64,000 nucleotides of DNA from a virus: positions 11,627 through 75,626 of IMG/VR virus record IMGVR_UViG_3300027747_001390; one strand, written 5' to 3'. Position 1 is the first letter of the stretch; each line of letters starts with the position of its first letter. Both the position numbers and the translations under genes were made by a program. The notes beneath the pieces were generated by a model. The model did no database searches and had not been told where the DNA came from. It worked only from the letters and a program-made list of their open reading frames with translations. Positions 9,558 to 18,245 of the stretch are shown here, piece by piece.

Positions 9558-10144
9558 TCAACGAAAGTACGGATACTATTGCCAGCGACGACGATGACGA
9601 TGAGATCGCCGACGATCTCGAAGCGTCGGTCGATATGGACTGTGCAAACCCGCTGCCGGGCGTGTTCTCTGTGAGCAGCGGCGTCATCGAGGCATGGAAG
9701 ACCATGACCGAGACCTCGGCGGCGGTCTCAGAGCCAGACAACCCAAAAGACATCGTCGGCACCGACAAGCTCCCGTTGCACCTCTGGCCGACTACGGCCA
9801 CGGCAATGGGCTCTATCGCTCTCCTGAACGGTGCGTTGAAGTACGGCAGATCGAACTGGCGGCACACCGGAGTCCGCTCCAGCGTCTACGTGGACGCGTG
9901 CCAGCGGCATCTGGCGGCGTGGTTCGAGGGTGAGGAGTCGGACGAGGAGGGAGTGCCTCATCTGTCTGCGGCTCTCGCCTGTCTCGCGATCATCGTCGAC
10001 TGCCAAGCGGCCGGGAAGCTAAAGGACGATAGGCAGTTCCCCGGCGGTCATCGGAAGTTGATCGACTCGCTCACGCCGCACGTGAAACGGCTGCGAGAGT
10101 TGCACGCCGACAAGTCTCCGACGCACTATGACGCCAGAACTTGA
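9554..10144 (+). CDS. dATP/dGTP diphosphohydrolase (DUF5664-like)
   Basis: KLPLHLWP...GALKYGRSNW...RHLAAWFEGEE.D...VPHLSAALACL. Confidence 0.8.
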   Translation: MINESTDTIASDDDDDEIADDLEASVDMDCANPLPGVFSVSSGVIEAWKTMTETSAAVSEPDNPKDIVGTDKLPLHLWPTTATAMGSIALLNGALKYGRSNWRHTGVRSSVYVDACQRHLAAWFEGEESDEEGVPHLSAALACLAIIVDCQAAGKLKDDRQFPGGHRKLIDSLTPHVKRLRELHADKSPTHYDART

Positions 10145-10613
10145 CATCCTGAAGCAGGCCTGCCACATCGCCAGACAGGAGTCTCACGATCCCCGCACGC
10201 ACGTCGGTGCGATTCTTGTGTCTCGTCGTGGCATCCCGGTCTACGCTGCGAACCAACTCCCGCCGGGAGTGTTTCGCACGCTCTCCAGACTGGAGCCGCC
10301 ACGCAAATACAAGTACATGGAACACGCTGAGAGAGCCGCGATCTACGCGGCTGCGGCGGCTGGTATCTGCACTCACGGAGCGATTCTTTACGCCCCGTGG
10401 TTCTCGTGTGCAGACTGTGCTAGAGGCATCATCTGCGCCGGAATCAAAGAGGTCGTCGGTCTCGCATCGCTTCGAGCGGCAACGCCTGAGAGGTGGGAAC
10501 GCGATATCGCGATGGCGGAGCAGATGATGAACGAGGCCGGGATCGCCACGAGGTGGCTCGCTGGCACCGTTGGTGAAACCATCCGGTTCGACGATCGAGA
10601 CATCTCAGTCTAA
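10128..10613 (+). CDS. dCMP deaminase
   Basis: SHDPRTHVGAILV; HAE and CxxC (PWFSCADCARGII) zinc motifs. Confidence 0.88.
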   Translation: MTPELDILKQACHIARQESHDPRTHVGAILVSRRGIPVYAANQLPPGVFRTLSRLEPPRKYKYMEHAERAAIYAAAAAGICTHGAILYAPWFSCADCARGIICAGIKEVVGLASLRAATPERWERDIAMAEQMMNEAGIATRWLAGTVGETIRFDDRDISV

Positions 10614-10678
10614 GTCCTGCCGAGGGAGGGCGGCGTGACGCCCAGCCTACCCCGTCACGCCGCCCCCGGCAGGCACTT
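10612..10678. terminator. long GC-rich hairpin between convergent genes (probable bidirectional terminator)
   Basis: GGGCGGCGTGACG (10628-10640) / CGTCACGCCGCCC (10653-10665), with outer CCTGCCG/CGGCAGG. Confidence 0.6.
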
Positions 10679-10679
10679 C

Positions 10680-11552
10680 TCAGCCGATCTTCGGAAGCAC
10701 GTCACAGGGCTTCGGCCCCGTTTCAATGAAACGCAAATCGATGTAGGCCTTTGTGACACGTGGCGAACTGTGATCAAGCAACGCCGTAGGGTCGCCTCCT
10801 CCAGCAAGGAAGTGAGTCGCTGAACTTCTGCGGATCATGTGAAATTTAGTCTTGCGTCCGCCGTCTAGGCCAGCACGCTTGACGATCCTTCCAAACGAAT
10901 GCCAGAGCAAGGTCTTGACCTTGTCCCACGAGAAGATCGCCTGCGACGGCTTCTTACCCCGACACACCTGTTCGACAAGGTGCTGGGTCTCAAGTGACAG
11001 GCTGTAAAGCTTGTCACGCTTGCCGCCCTTCCTGTGTTCAGCACGGACGAGCAGTTGTCCCTGCTGATAGTCGAGGACTTGAACCCCCATTATCGCGCCG
11101 ATGCGTTCCGCCGACTCCCAGAGAACACTCACAAGTGCCCTAAAATAGAGACTCGTCGGAACCCCATCAACAGTGCCGACTTCCTTGTCAGTCGCACGAA
11201 TCAAAGATCGAATCTGATCGATCGTCCACGCCGTCGGAATTCTTTCCGGCAGCGTTGCAGGCGGCACGCACGGTCGTGTCTTGACTAGACCTCGATCGTG
11301 AGCGAAGCGAGCCAGACTCAAAAGTTGAGTTCGTTCCTTCTCTGCCGTAAACGCGCTCCTCTCGCTTGCTCGCTTCGTCAAAAAACGAGCGAGTGAGAGA
11401 TCGTCGAGGTCAGCCAACGTCGGCTGACGCTGGAGAAACTTAGCAAGCGATCGAAGAGTGCAGTGGTAGAGGCGAACGGTGTTCTCGCTTTTCCCACGCA
11501 GTTTCAGCGGAGCGTAAATCGTCTCGAAAAACTCAACCAGCGTCATCGTCAT
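10680..11552 (-). CDS. int: tyrosine recombinase/integrase
   Basis: Catalytic pattern SAERIG, FHMIRRS (HxxR), LLDHSS, TKAY; GGAGG 10 nt upstream of the ATG at 11552. Confidence 0.9.
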   Translation of the reverse strand: MTMTLVEFFETIYAPLKLRGKSENTVRLYHCTLRSLAKFLQRQPTLADLDDLSLARFLTKRASERSAFTAEKERTQLLSLARFAHDRGLVKTRPCVPPATLPERIPTAWTIDQIRSLIRATDKEVGTVDGVPTSLYFRALVSVLWESAERIGAIMGVQVLDYQQGQLLVRAEHRKGGKRDKLYSLSLETQHLVEQVCRGKKPSQAIFSWDKVKTLLWHSFGRIVKRAGLDGGRKTKFHMIRRSSATHFLAGGGDPTALLDHSSPRVTKAYIDLRFIETGPKPCDVLPKIG

Positions 11553-11573
11553 GGTGGTGTGTCCTCCTTCATT

Positions 11574-11678
11574 TGCCACCAGATCGAGGTAGCTCACCAC
11601 GAGTACCTCGATCTGGTGGGCAGAGTACACATCCGTGCAAAAAAGTTGACCCCCATGAGTACCTTACTTGGGGGGCAA
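11574..11678 (-). promoter_or_regulatory. two stem-loops in the integrase leader
   Basis: 16-bp perfect arms CCACCAGATCGAGGTA (11576-11591) / TACCTCGATCTGGTGG (11604-11619); second imperfect hairpin 11646-11678. Confidence 0.6.
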
Positions 11679-11695
11679 GACTCGCCTCGTGCGCG

Positions 11696-11935
11696 TCACA
11701 GTTCGGATAGTCGGCAAGATTTCCCATTTCCAAACAGGTCCGCCAGACCGTCGGCCAAGACCTCAGCCGCCTTGCGGCGAGTCTTCACACGACCCGCAAA
11801 AATGTCGTCGATGAGCCAGACGACAATCTGGTCGACGATCACGTCGGCCTTCTTGTCGACTCCTCGATAAAACCTCTCGCGGACGGCTCTGCGGATCGAC
11901 TGCACAGACTTGGGGGCTACTTCCTTGGTTGCCAT
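11696..11935 (-). CDS. small basic protein upstream of integrase (possible regulator)
   Basis: 79 aa MATKEVAPKS...; GGAGG RBS at 11944-11948 on the minus strand. Confidence 0.6.
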   Translation of the reverse strand: MATKEVAPKSVQSIRRAVRERFYRGVDKKADVIVDQIVVWLIDDIFAGRVKTRRKAAEVLADGLADLFGNGKSCRLSEL

Positions 11936-11996
11936 GTCTTCATCCTCCGTGGTGCCTACCTTCAGCCTTCCGGAACACCCTTCAGGCCCACCATCA

Positions 11997-12013
11997 GAAT
12001 CCTGTCCCCGCCA
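11997..12013 (+). mobile_element. candidate attP core: 3' fragment of a tRNA gene
   Basis: GAAT CCTGT CCCCGCC A fits tRNA positions 57-73; lies between integrase and excisionase-like gene; followed by a terminator. Confidence 0.65.
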
Positions 12014-12028
12014 TTTTTTTTCAAGTCC

Positions 12029-12062
12029 ACAGCGGGTTTCACGGTGAAACCCGCTGTTTTTT
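12029..12062 (+). terminator. intrinsic terminator
   Basis: ACAGCGGGTTTCAC-G-GTGAAACCCGCTGT (14-bp arms) followed by a T tract. Confidence 0.75.
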
Positions 12063-12094
12063 GAGTGGTTTGTACGGAAGCAAGGAGGACTCTG

Positions 12095-12565
12095 ATGTAT
12101 TTCAGGCCAATTTCGATCGAAGAGGCAGCAAAGGCGACGGGGCTGACCAAGTCGGGCGTCGTGAAGGCGATCAACTCGAAGAGACTTGTGGCGGTGCCGC
12201 TCAGCGGCAGGGGGCTGATGCTCTGTCTGGAGCAGTGCAAAGGCCAGTCGTTCGACGCGGCTGAGTTCCGGAAACTTTGCAAGAGGTGGATTTGCGTCCC
12301 CGAGGCCTGCGACATTGTCTGCAAGACAGACGCTTCGGTGATGCGAGACCTGAGAAGCGGAAAGATTAAGGGTTTCAGGCTGAACGGCAGGGCTTGGGCG
12401 GTCGAGAAGGCCTCGGCAGAGGAGGAGTTTCGCGACTACCTCGCGAACCCCGGCCGTCGGGGACAGCCACGGCAGATCGGCACGAGCCGGTCGCCGCGTG
12501 TGATCCGGAAAAAATCCTTGCACGCCAAGAAGTCGAAGGTACGATCACGCCCCGGCAGCAAGTGA
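12095..12565 (+). CDS. tandem HTH_17/MerR-like DNA-binding protein (excisionase-like)
   Basis: Two units, ISIEEAAKATGLTKSGVVKAINSKRL and ICVPEACDIVCKTDASVMRDLRSGKIKG; AGGAGG RBS. Confidence 0.7.
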   Translation: MYFRPISIEEAAKATGLTKSGVVKAINSKRLVAVPLSGRGLMLCLEQCKGQSFDAAEFRKLCKRWICVPEACDIVCKTDASVMRDLRSGKIKGFRLNGRAWAVEKASAEEEFRDYLANPGRRGQPRQIGTSRSPRVIRKKSLHAKKSKVRSRPGSK

Positions 12566-12604
12566 TTGCTGCCTCCTCCTGCTCGCCATAGTACGGATAC
12601 GCTG

Positions 12605-12841
12605 ATGAGCAACGTCGATCACCCGGACCACTACCAGTCCGATCAGTTCGAGTGCATCGACGTCATCGAGTCTCTTGGGCTTGGCTCAGGGTTCTCAATT
12701 GGGAACGCGATCAAGTACCTATGGCGAGCGGGGAGGAAGGGCAACGACATCGAAGACTTGGAGAAAGCACGATGGTATCTGGACCGGGAGATCGAACGAA
12801 GAAAGAGATGCTCGACTTCGCAGTCGCCGCCACCGTCGTGA
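12605..12841 (+). CDS. DUF3310 protein (T7 gp1.7-like nucleotide kinase family)
   Basis: VDHPDHY...ECIDVI...GNAIKYLWRAGRKG..EDLEKARWYL. Confidence 0.88.
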   Translation: MSNVDHPDHYQSDQFECIDVIESLGLGSGFSIGNAIKYLWRAGRKGNDIEDLEKARWYLDREIERRKRCSTSQSPPPS

Positions 12842-13017
12842 TCGCGTGCTTCGCTCTGGAGACGTTCTTGTTCAGTATCGGATGGAACCTCGCATTGCCG
12901 TCGATCTTCAACATGAAGCAGATCACGATCGCCGAGTCTCTGGGGCTGGTCATTTTCTTGAAGATTGCCGGGCTTCAGTTTTTCCCAGTCGGTGCGTTGA
13001 AGAGAGCGATCAAATGA
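12808..13017 (+). CDS. small membrane protein
   Basis: Two hydrophobic segments. Confidence 0.55.
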   Translation: MLDFAVAATVVIACFALETFLFSIGWNLALPSIFNMKQITIAESLGLVIFLKIAGLQFFPVGALKRAIK

Positions 13018-13208
13018 AGCCACGTGCGTTCCATTCTGACCTGTTCGTCGTGCGTGCCGAGTGCGTCGTCTCTGAGGACGGCGAGCGAACGGTCGACACG
13101 TCGATCGACCTATTCGACGACGCGACGACGGCGGACGATCTCAAGCGATACGGTCAGTGGTTAATCAAAGCGAGCAAATGGCTCAAGGAGAAGAAATGCG
13201 ATGATTGA
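13014..13208 (+). CDS. hypothetical protein
   Basis: ATGA overlap; MKPRAFHSDLF... Confidence 0.5.
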   Translation: MKPRAFHSDLFVVRAECVVSEDGERTVDTSIDLFDDATTADDLKRYGQWLIKASKWLKEKKCDD

Positions 13209-13404
13209 CTGGCTATTCAATCGTCACGAGGTTCGAGAGCTTCGTGCTGAAGTTCAGCGTCGTCGTGCCTCGTATGTCGAACGCGAGACTCGCATTCACA
13301 TGCTGACGAAAGAGAATCAACAGCAAAGAGTCCTCATCGAAGCCTTGCGGGACGTGAACAAGTCTCTCGATGAGCGACTGATCGCAATGGAGCGAGACAA
13401 GTGA
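13201..13404 (+). CDS. coiled-coil hypothetical protein
   Basis: Coupled ORF with AGGAG RBS. Confidence 0.5.
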   Translation: MIDWLFNRHEVRELRAEVQRRRASYVERETRIHMLTKENQQQRVLIEALRDVNKSLDERLIAMERDK

Positions 13405-13760
13405 GCCCCGAACTCGAAGAGAAGCTGTACAGCGACTTTCCTGCCTTGTTTGCGAATCGCGAGCATCGTCACAGCCCGATGATCTTCGGCTGCGAACACG
13501 GCGACGGCTGGCACGCGATCCTCCGCGATGTGTGCGAGAAGATCGACGCACACAAGTGCGAGTCGCCGTTTCTCTTCGTTCAGATCAAGGAGAAGTGGGG
13601 CGCACTCCGCGTGTATTACTCTGGCGGCGACGAATACACGTCTCGCGTGATAAAAAAAGCAGAGACCAAGAGTGCCAAGACGTGCGAGGGTTGCGGCCAG
13701 CCGGGTACGGCAAGCAAGAGCGGATGGATTACGACTCTCTGTGAGGGGTGCCGCAAGTGA
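13401..13760 (+). CDS. conserved phage zinc-ribbon protein
   Basis: GDGWHAIL...QIKEKWGALRVY...TCEGCGQPG...TLC. Confidence 0.7.
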   Translation: MSPELEEKLYSDFPALFANREHRHSPMIFGCEHGDGWHAILRDVCEKIDAHKCESPFLFVQIKEKWGALRVYYSGGDEYTSRVIKKAETKSAKTCEGCGQPGTASKSGWITTLCEGCRK

Positions 13761-13987
13761 CGCTCCCCTACGAACGCACTCGTGCCGTCATCAACGCGAG
13801 AGAGTTTCTCTTCCGTCTGTCGACGCCGTACATCGAGAACGGCATCAAGAGAGTCCCGACGGCGGTCCGTGACGAGGCAAGGCGACTCTTGCGGCACTAT
13901 CCAAACGTCGTCGATCTAAAACACGCGGGGGCGTCGTTCTCTGCCGACGAGGCTGACAAGATCATGGAGGAACGCTATGGATCGTAG
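13757..13987 (+). CDS. BPSL0761-like protein
   Basis: TLPYERTRAVINAREFL...ARRLLRHYP. Confidence 0.6.
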   Translation: MTLPYERTRAVINAREFLFRLSTPYIENGIKRVPTAVRDEARRLLRHYPNVVDLKHAGASFSADEADKIMEERYGS

Positions 13988-14330
13988 AGGCTTTCTTGGT
14001 TCGTTGATGGCGGTGACGACGGCGATCTCCTCTGGCGTGAAGCTGCCGACGGGTGCCGAGGTCGCGACTGGCAAGGCACTGCCGAAGTCACTCGCTGTTC
14101 AGAACGATCTGCTCGCGATACTCAATGAGTGTCACGTCATCTCGATTTTGTGTCATCAGACCTACGACGGCCCGATGCACTACGAGGTCGAGTACGTTCA
14201 CGCCCCCGGCGGCAAGAAGGGTGAAGACACTCTGATGGTTGAGACATACACAAAGAAGCTGCGTCCAGTTGACGTGAGCTACGCGATGACTGCGAGCGAG
14301 CTTATGCGGGTCACGGTGACGTGGGCATGA
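13977..14330 (+). CDS. protein with twin-arginine-like N-terminus
   Basis: MDRRGFLGSLMAV. Confidence 0.5.
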   Translation: MDRRGFLGSLMAVTTAISSGVKLPTGAEVATGKALPKSLAVQNDLLAILNECHVISILCHQTYDGPMHYEVEYVHAPGGKKGEDTLMVETYTKKLRPVDVSYAMTASELMRVTVTWA

Positions 14331-14581
14331 AACGTCTCGCCACCGTCGTCGGATTCGTCCTTCTATGCCTCGGCGTATGCTTGGTGGCGTGGCCCGCCCC
14401 GCTGTTCACGCTCAATCAGCCGTACCTAGACTGGTATGTCATTAACGTACTCTCGTGCCCGATCGACAAAGACTTGAGTGCCGGTGCTGGATTGCCGCTC
14501 GTATGGATGTTTCTGTCCATGCCCGTCGGCTTGCTTTGCTTTTGCGTCGGCGTCCCGTTGTTTCACTGGGGTAAGTCATGA
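14327..14581 (+). CDS. membrane protein
   Basis: Two transmembrane-like segments. Confidence 0.5.
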   Translation: MKRLATVVGFVLLCLGVCLVAWPAPLFTLNQPYLDWYVINVLSCPIDKDLSAGAGLPLVWMFLSMPVGLLCFCVGVPLFHWGKS

Positions 14582-14787
14582 CCACTCGCGACCCACTTAC
14601 CTCGTACACGTTTGCGTTCATGCTGATCACAGTCGGATTCTGTGTCGTTGCGGCACTGAGTGACATCAACAAGTCACTTCGGGAAGTAGCAAGCGAGATT
14701 CGGCTACAGACGACTCAGCAAACTTGGCTCGTCGAGCATTACTCGAAACCAGTGCGGCCGATCCTACCGTGGAAGGACGATAAGTGA
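14578..14787 (+). CDS. membrane protein
   Basis: One transmembrane-like segment; coupled ORF. Confidence 0.5.
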   Translation: MTTRDPLTSYTFAFMLITVGFCVVAALSDINKSLREVASEIRLQTTQQTWLVEHYSKPVRPILPWKDDK

Positions 14788-15140
14788 ACGACTTCGAGCA
14801 ACTCAAGAAGCTTGCAGAGCAACAGGCCGCGAGCCGACGGGCCTACGAGGGCGACATTGTCTCTCGCCTGAAGAACTGGCGTGGCCTCCACCTCGCCCAC
14901 GGCGGCGATCTGTTCGCGGAGGCGGCAGTCGAGATCGACCGCCTCCACGAAGCAGTCCGCCGACTCGCAGATCAGGACGCCACGCTCTCTGTGCAGGGCG
15001 GCAGCGTGACGGTGACGATGGACGCCACGCTCACCGACGAGGAGCGGGCGGCGATCAACGCTGCCAGCAAACTGCTTGCCATGGACGGCTACCAGACGAT
15101 CGCCGCCACGCTCCGCTCGCTGCTGGAGCGACTGAAATGA
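14784..15140 (+). CDS. hypothetical protein
   Basis: DIVSRL...EAAVEIDRL; TLTDEERAAI...AATLRSLLER. Confidence 0.55.
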   Translation: MNDFEQLKKLAEQQAASRRAYEGDIVSRLKNWRGLHLAHGGDLFAEAAVEIDRLHEAVRRLADQDATLSVQGGSVTVTMDATLTDEERAAINAASKLLAMDGYQTIAATLRSLLERLK

Positions 15141-15159
15141 ATCGTGGCGTGTGCCATAG

Positions 15160-15816
15160 ATGTGCGGGCCGATGGGCGCGGTGCTGGTGGTGCCAAGCCG
15201 CCACGCTACTGGAGCGACTCGCTTGAACGCCGACATCCCAACGCTTCGATGCTGGGTAAGACTGCCTTACATCGCCGACTCAAGCGGCGTCGAGGAGGCC
15301 TATGCGTTCGCGATTCAAAGCATCGGCGGACGTGCCCTTGGATTTCACTGCATGATGATCAGCGGTGCCCACTATCGCGGTGTGCCGATCCACGCTATCG
15401 CCCTGCGTCCTGACGCCGTCGAGACCACTTTGGGCGATTGCCAGTTGTGGGACTGCTTCTCTGCTCGTCCGGTTGTTCATGTGTTTGACTACCTTCGCGG
15501 CCACAGGTGCATCGCATACACTCGAAGCGGTTCGCAGAACGGACGGTATCTATTCACGGCAGACTGGCTTCCCGAGACTCAAGAGCGTCCGGGGTTCACG
15601 CTGACTCCTGAGCAGAACAAGTGTGCGCACGTGATCGCGTTGGACAACGGCAATCTCTGTGCGTTGCCCACAAACCGCATCGCGTGGACGGACGCCTACT
15701 TCGTTGGTGGCAGGCCAAACCCACGGAGTCGCGGCTATCGAGTCCAGTCTGAGGTGTATCGGTGCGAAGGCGGCGACTGGGACGTGTCGAAAGACGAGAG
15801 GTATATGTATGAGTGA
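15160..15816 (+). CDS. conserved phage protein (start uncertain)
   Basis: QLWDCFS, YLFTADW, EQNKCAHVIALDNGNLCALPTNRI. Confidence 0.6.
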   Translation: MCGPMGAVLVVPSRHATGATRLNADIPTLRCWVRLPYIADSSGVEEAYAFAIQSIGGRALGFHCMMISGAHYRGVPIHAIALRPDAVETTLGDCQLWDCFSARPVVHVFDYLRGHRCIAYTRSGSQNGRYLFTADWLPETQERPGFTLTPEQNKCAHVIALDNGNLCALPTNRIAWTDAYFVGGRPNPRSRGYRVQSEVYRCEGGDWDVSKDERYMYE

Positions 15817-16297
15817 CATCGTCGCGGACGCCAAGACGTGGCTCGCCGACATCGGCAGCGGACAGCGGCTGCAAACACATTCCGAGAACTGCCACCGGAG
15901 GCACTCGACGTGCCTCGTCCTCAAGCTGATCAGAGAGATCGGGCGGCTCCGTCTGCTTGTGCCTCCGATCGCCGGAACAGTTAACGAGACGACTGGCATG
16001 GACTTCATCCCGTGGAGTGTCGCGGCCTCGACGAGCCACGCCAGCTACTACTCTGCTCCGGTGCTTCCGAAGGGATTTGAGCCGATCAGGCTCGACGGAT
16101 GGATTCAAGTCAGCGACCGTCTCCCGCCAGACGGCGAGTGGGTGCTGTGGTGGAACCCTGACGACGACATCTGTCAGACGATCCTCGCTGAAAGAGACGG
16201 CAATAGCCTTGATTTCGGCGGCGACGTCAACTTACCACTCACTGGAATCACGCACTGGCGACCTCTTCCGGGTCCGCCGTCGTCGTCCGTAAAATGA
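15809..16297 (+). CDS. DUF551 domain protein
   Basis: WIQVSDRLP...ITHWRPLPGPP. Confidence 0.7.
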   Translation: MSDIVADAKTWLADIGSGQRLQTHSENCHRRHSTCLVLKLIREIGRLRLLVPPIAGTVNETTGMDFIPWSVAASTSHASYYSAPVLPKGFEPIRLDGWIQVSDRLPPDGEWVLWWNPDDDICQTILAERDGNSLDFGGDVNLPLTGITHWRPLPGPPSSSVK

Positions 16298-16303
16298 ACG
16301 TAG

Positions 16304-16993
16304 ATGCCCAAGCAACAGCGAGTGAAAAAGTCTCGACCGAAGCAGCCGGTAGCCATCGAGCCGCTTCGCGACGTCGAGATCGTGCCGCTCAACCGCCAGC
16401 AAGACGCGGCATTGAAAGCCGTTGCTCGCTCGTCGATCTCGTTTCTTATTGGACCGGCCGGAACAGGCAAGACTCACCTCGCGTGCGGTTACGCCGCGCG
16501 GTGCGTGGCTGACGGTCGCTTCGAGAGAATCATCTTGACGCGTCCGATCGTCGAGGCTGGCGAGAGTCTTGGATACTTGCCCGGCACGTTTGAGGAAAAA
16601 GCCGCGCCGTATCTCTTGCCGATTCACGACGCGCTCGACGCCGTCGCCGGTCGCACTGGTAGACGTCGCGAGCAACTCAGGGCGATGCTTCAGGTCGCGC
16701 CGATCGCCTACCTTCGTGGAAGAAGTTTCAACCGCTCAATCGTCATCGTCGACGAGTCTCAGAACTGCACGCTCTCGCAACTCAAGCTTGTCATCACGAG
16801 ACTAGGCCGAGACTCGCAGATGATCCTGACCGGCGACCTGTCGCAGAGCGATCTTCGCACTCACGAGCAAGCTCTTGGGACGGTAGTCAACAAACTTGAA
16901 GGACTGCCGGGAGTCACCGTCTTCCGGTTCGACTCGACTGGGATTGTCCGCCATCCGATTCTCGCGGGTGTGCTGGAACGCCTAGGAAACTAG
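16304..16993 (+). CDS. phoH: PhoH-like ATPase
   Basis: GPAGTGKT, RPIVEAGESLGYLPG, YLRGRSF, DESQN, TGDLSQSD, IVRHP. Confidence 0.95.
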   Translation: MPKQQRVKKSRPKQPVAIEPLRDVEIVPLNRQQDAALKAVARSSISFLIGPAGTGKTHLACGYAARCVADGRFERIILTRPIVEAGESLGYLPGTFEEKAAPYLLPIHDALDAVAGRTGRRREQLRAMLQVAPIAYLRGRSFNRSIVIVDESQNCTLSQLKLVITRLGRDSQMILTGDLSQSDLRTHEQALGTVVNKLEGLPGVTVFRFDSTGIVRHPILAGVLERLGN

Positions 16994-17007
16994 GCCTTTT
17001 CGTCTTC

Positions 17008-17060
17008 TGTGTCATAGCAGACACTTGACACTTGACATTAGGCCTACGTAGGCCTATCTT
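17008..17060 (+). promoter_or_regulatory. early promoter P1 with palindromic spacer
   Basis: TGTGTCATAGCA 17008-17019; TTGACA 17032-N17-TATCTT 17055; perfect palindrome TAGGCCTACGTAGGCCTA 17039-17056. Confidence 0.8.
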
Positions 17061-17103
17061 ATGGGGGCAGTCGATTTCAGCCTTCAACCAAAGGAACACA
17101 CCA

Positions 17104-18189
17104 GTGAACACAACTCTCGCCGCCCCAGCATGGAAGTCCTACCGCGTCGGCACGATCGTCAAGCTCGACGACGGACGCAGCTTCACGATCGACAGCATCT
17201 CGATCGTTCACACTGACCGTGGCTACAACTCCCGCCGCTTCACCCTGCGTGGCCCCGGCGGCAAGGAAGTCGTCAAGTCGAGCCGTGGCATCACCCTCTG
17301 GGTGGCTGGTCTCGAAAACGATCGCGGCGAGCCGACGCCCGCCGCCAAGCCTGTTGAGAAGCCGCCGGTCTCGCCGGTCGTCACGACGGCTGGCAAGATA
17401 CAGCACGCCTACTTCGAGGCACTGCTGCGGATCGTAAGGGCACGCCGCAACTCGTGGCTTTGCGGCCCGGCGGGCAGCGGTAAGACGACGTCTGCCAGCG
17501 AGGTGGCGAAGCTTCTCGGGCTGCGATTCTTTGCTAAGTCTGTCGGTCCGCAGGTGACCGAGTCGAGCCTGATTGGCTATCAGGACGCCAACGGTAGGAC
17601 TGTCCGGACTCAGCTTCGCGAGGCGTTCGAGTTTGGCGGCGTGTTCCTCCTCGACGAGGTCGATGCCGCCAGCCCGGCGGTTTTGGTCGTCATCAACGCC
17701 CTGTTAGCCAACGGCGAGGCTTCCTTCCCCGACGTCGTCGTCGAGAAGCATCCGGATTTCGTCTTGATTGCCGGTGCCAACACGATCGGCCTCGGCGCGG
17801 ATCGCCAGTACGTTGGACGTCAGCAGATCGACGCTGCCACCCTCGACCGCTTCGTCCTGCTCGACTGGCCCTACGATCCCCGGATCGAGGCGGCTGCGGC
17901 TGGCGTGGACGTGTCGGCTGTGTCGAAGTCGGCCTGCCCGTCCCCGTTCCGATTCGAGAGCGAGGACGGTGCTGAGGCTCGTTGCTACGAGTACGTTCAG
18001 AAGGTGGTCGCGATCCGCAATGCGGTCTCCACCTTCGGCAAGGCCGTCCGCGTGATCATCAGTCCCCGCGCCTCGATCAACGGAACGGCCCTGATCCGGC
18101 AGGGCTTCTCGATTAACGACGCCCTGACCCTTTGCGTCTGGAAAGGTCTGGATACGGACACCCGCTCGAAGATCGAGGGGGCTTGCTAA
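17104..18189 (+). CDS. MoxR/CbbQ-like AAA+ ATPase
   Basis: GPAGSGKT Walker A, FLLDEVD Walker B, HPDFVLIAGANT, DAATLDRF. Confidence 0.88.
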   Translation: MNTTLAAPAWKSYRVGTIVKLDDGRSFTIDSISIVHTDRGYNSRRFTLRGPGGKEVVKSSRGITLWVAGLENDRGEPTPAAKPVEKPPVSPVVTTAGKIQHAYFEALLRIVRARRNSWLCGPAGSGKTTSASEVAKLLGLRFFAKSVGPQVTESSLIGYQDANGRTVRTQLREAFEFGGVFLLDEVDAASPAVLVVINALLANGEASFPDVVVEKHPDFVLIAGANTIGLGADRQYVGRQQIDAATLDRFVLLDWPYDPRIEAAAAGVDVSAVSKSACPSPFRFESEDGAEARCYEYVQKVVAIRNAVSTFGKAVRVIISPRASINGTALIRQGFSINDALTLCVWKGLDTDTRSKIEGAC

Positions 18190-18245
18190 TCCGCCGACGT
18201 CCGCTTATACTCAACAGCCACCACCAACCCCCCGGAGACTTACCA

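Noticed and set aside
9554-10144. 2-aminoadenine (Z) genome system
   Set aside because: No PurZ or dedicated polymerase in the window; DUF5664 alone is insufficient
11940-12013. Complete tRNA gene
   Set aside because: Only positions ~57-73 match; no GGTTC T-arm 5' side, D-arm or anticodon arm upstream
11696-12523. 275-aa minus-strand ORF as a single gene
   Set aside because: It overlaps the HTH gene, terminator and attP candidate; only the last 79 codons have an RBS and plausible composition
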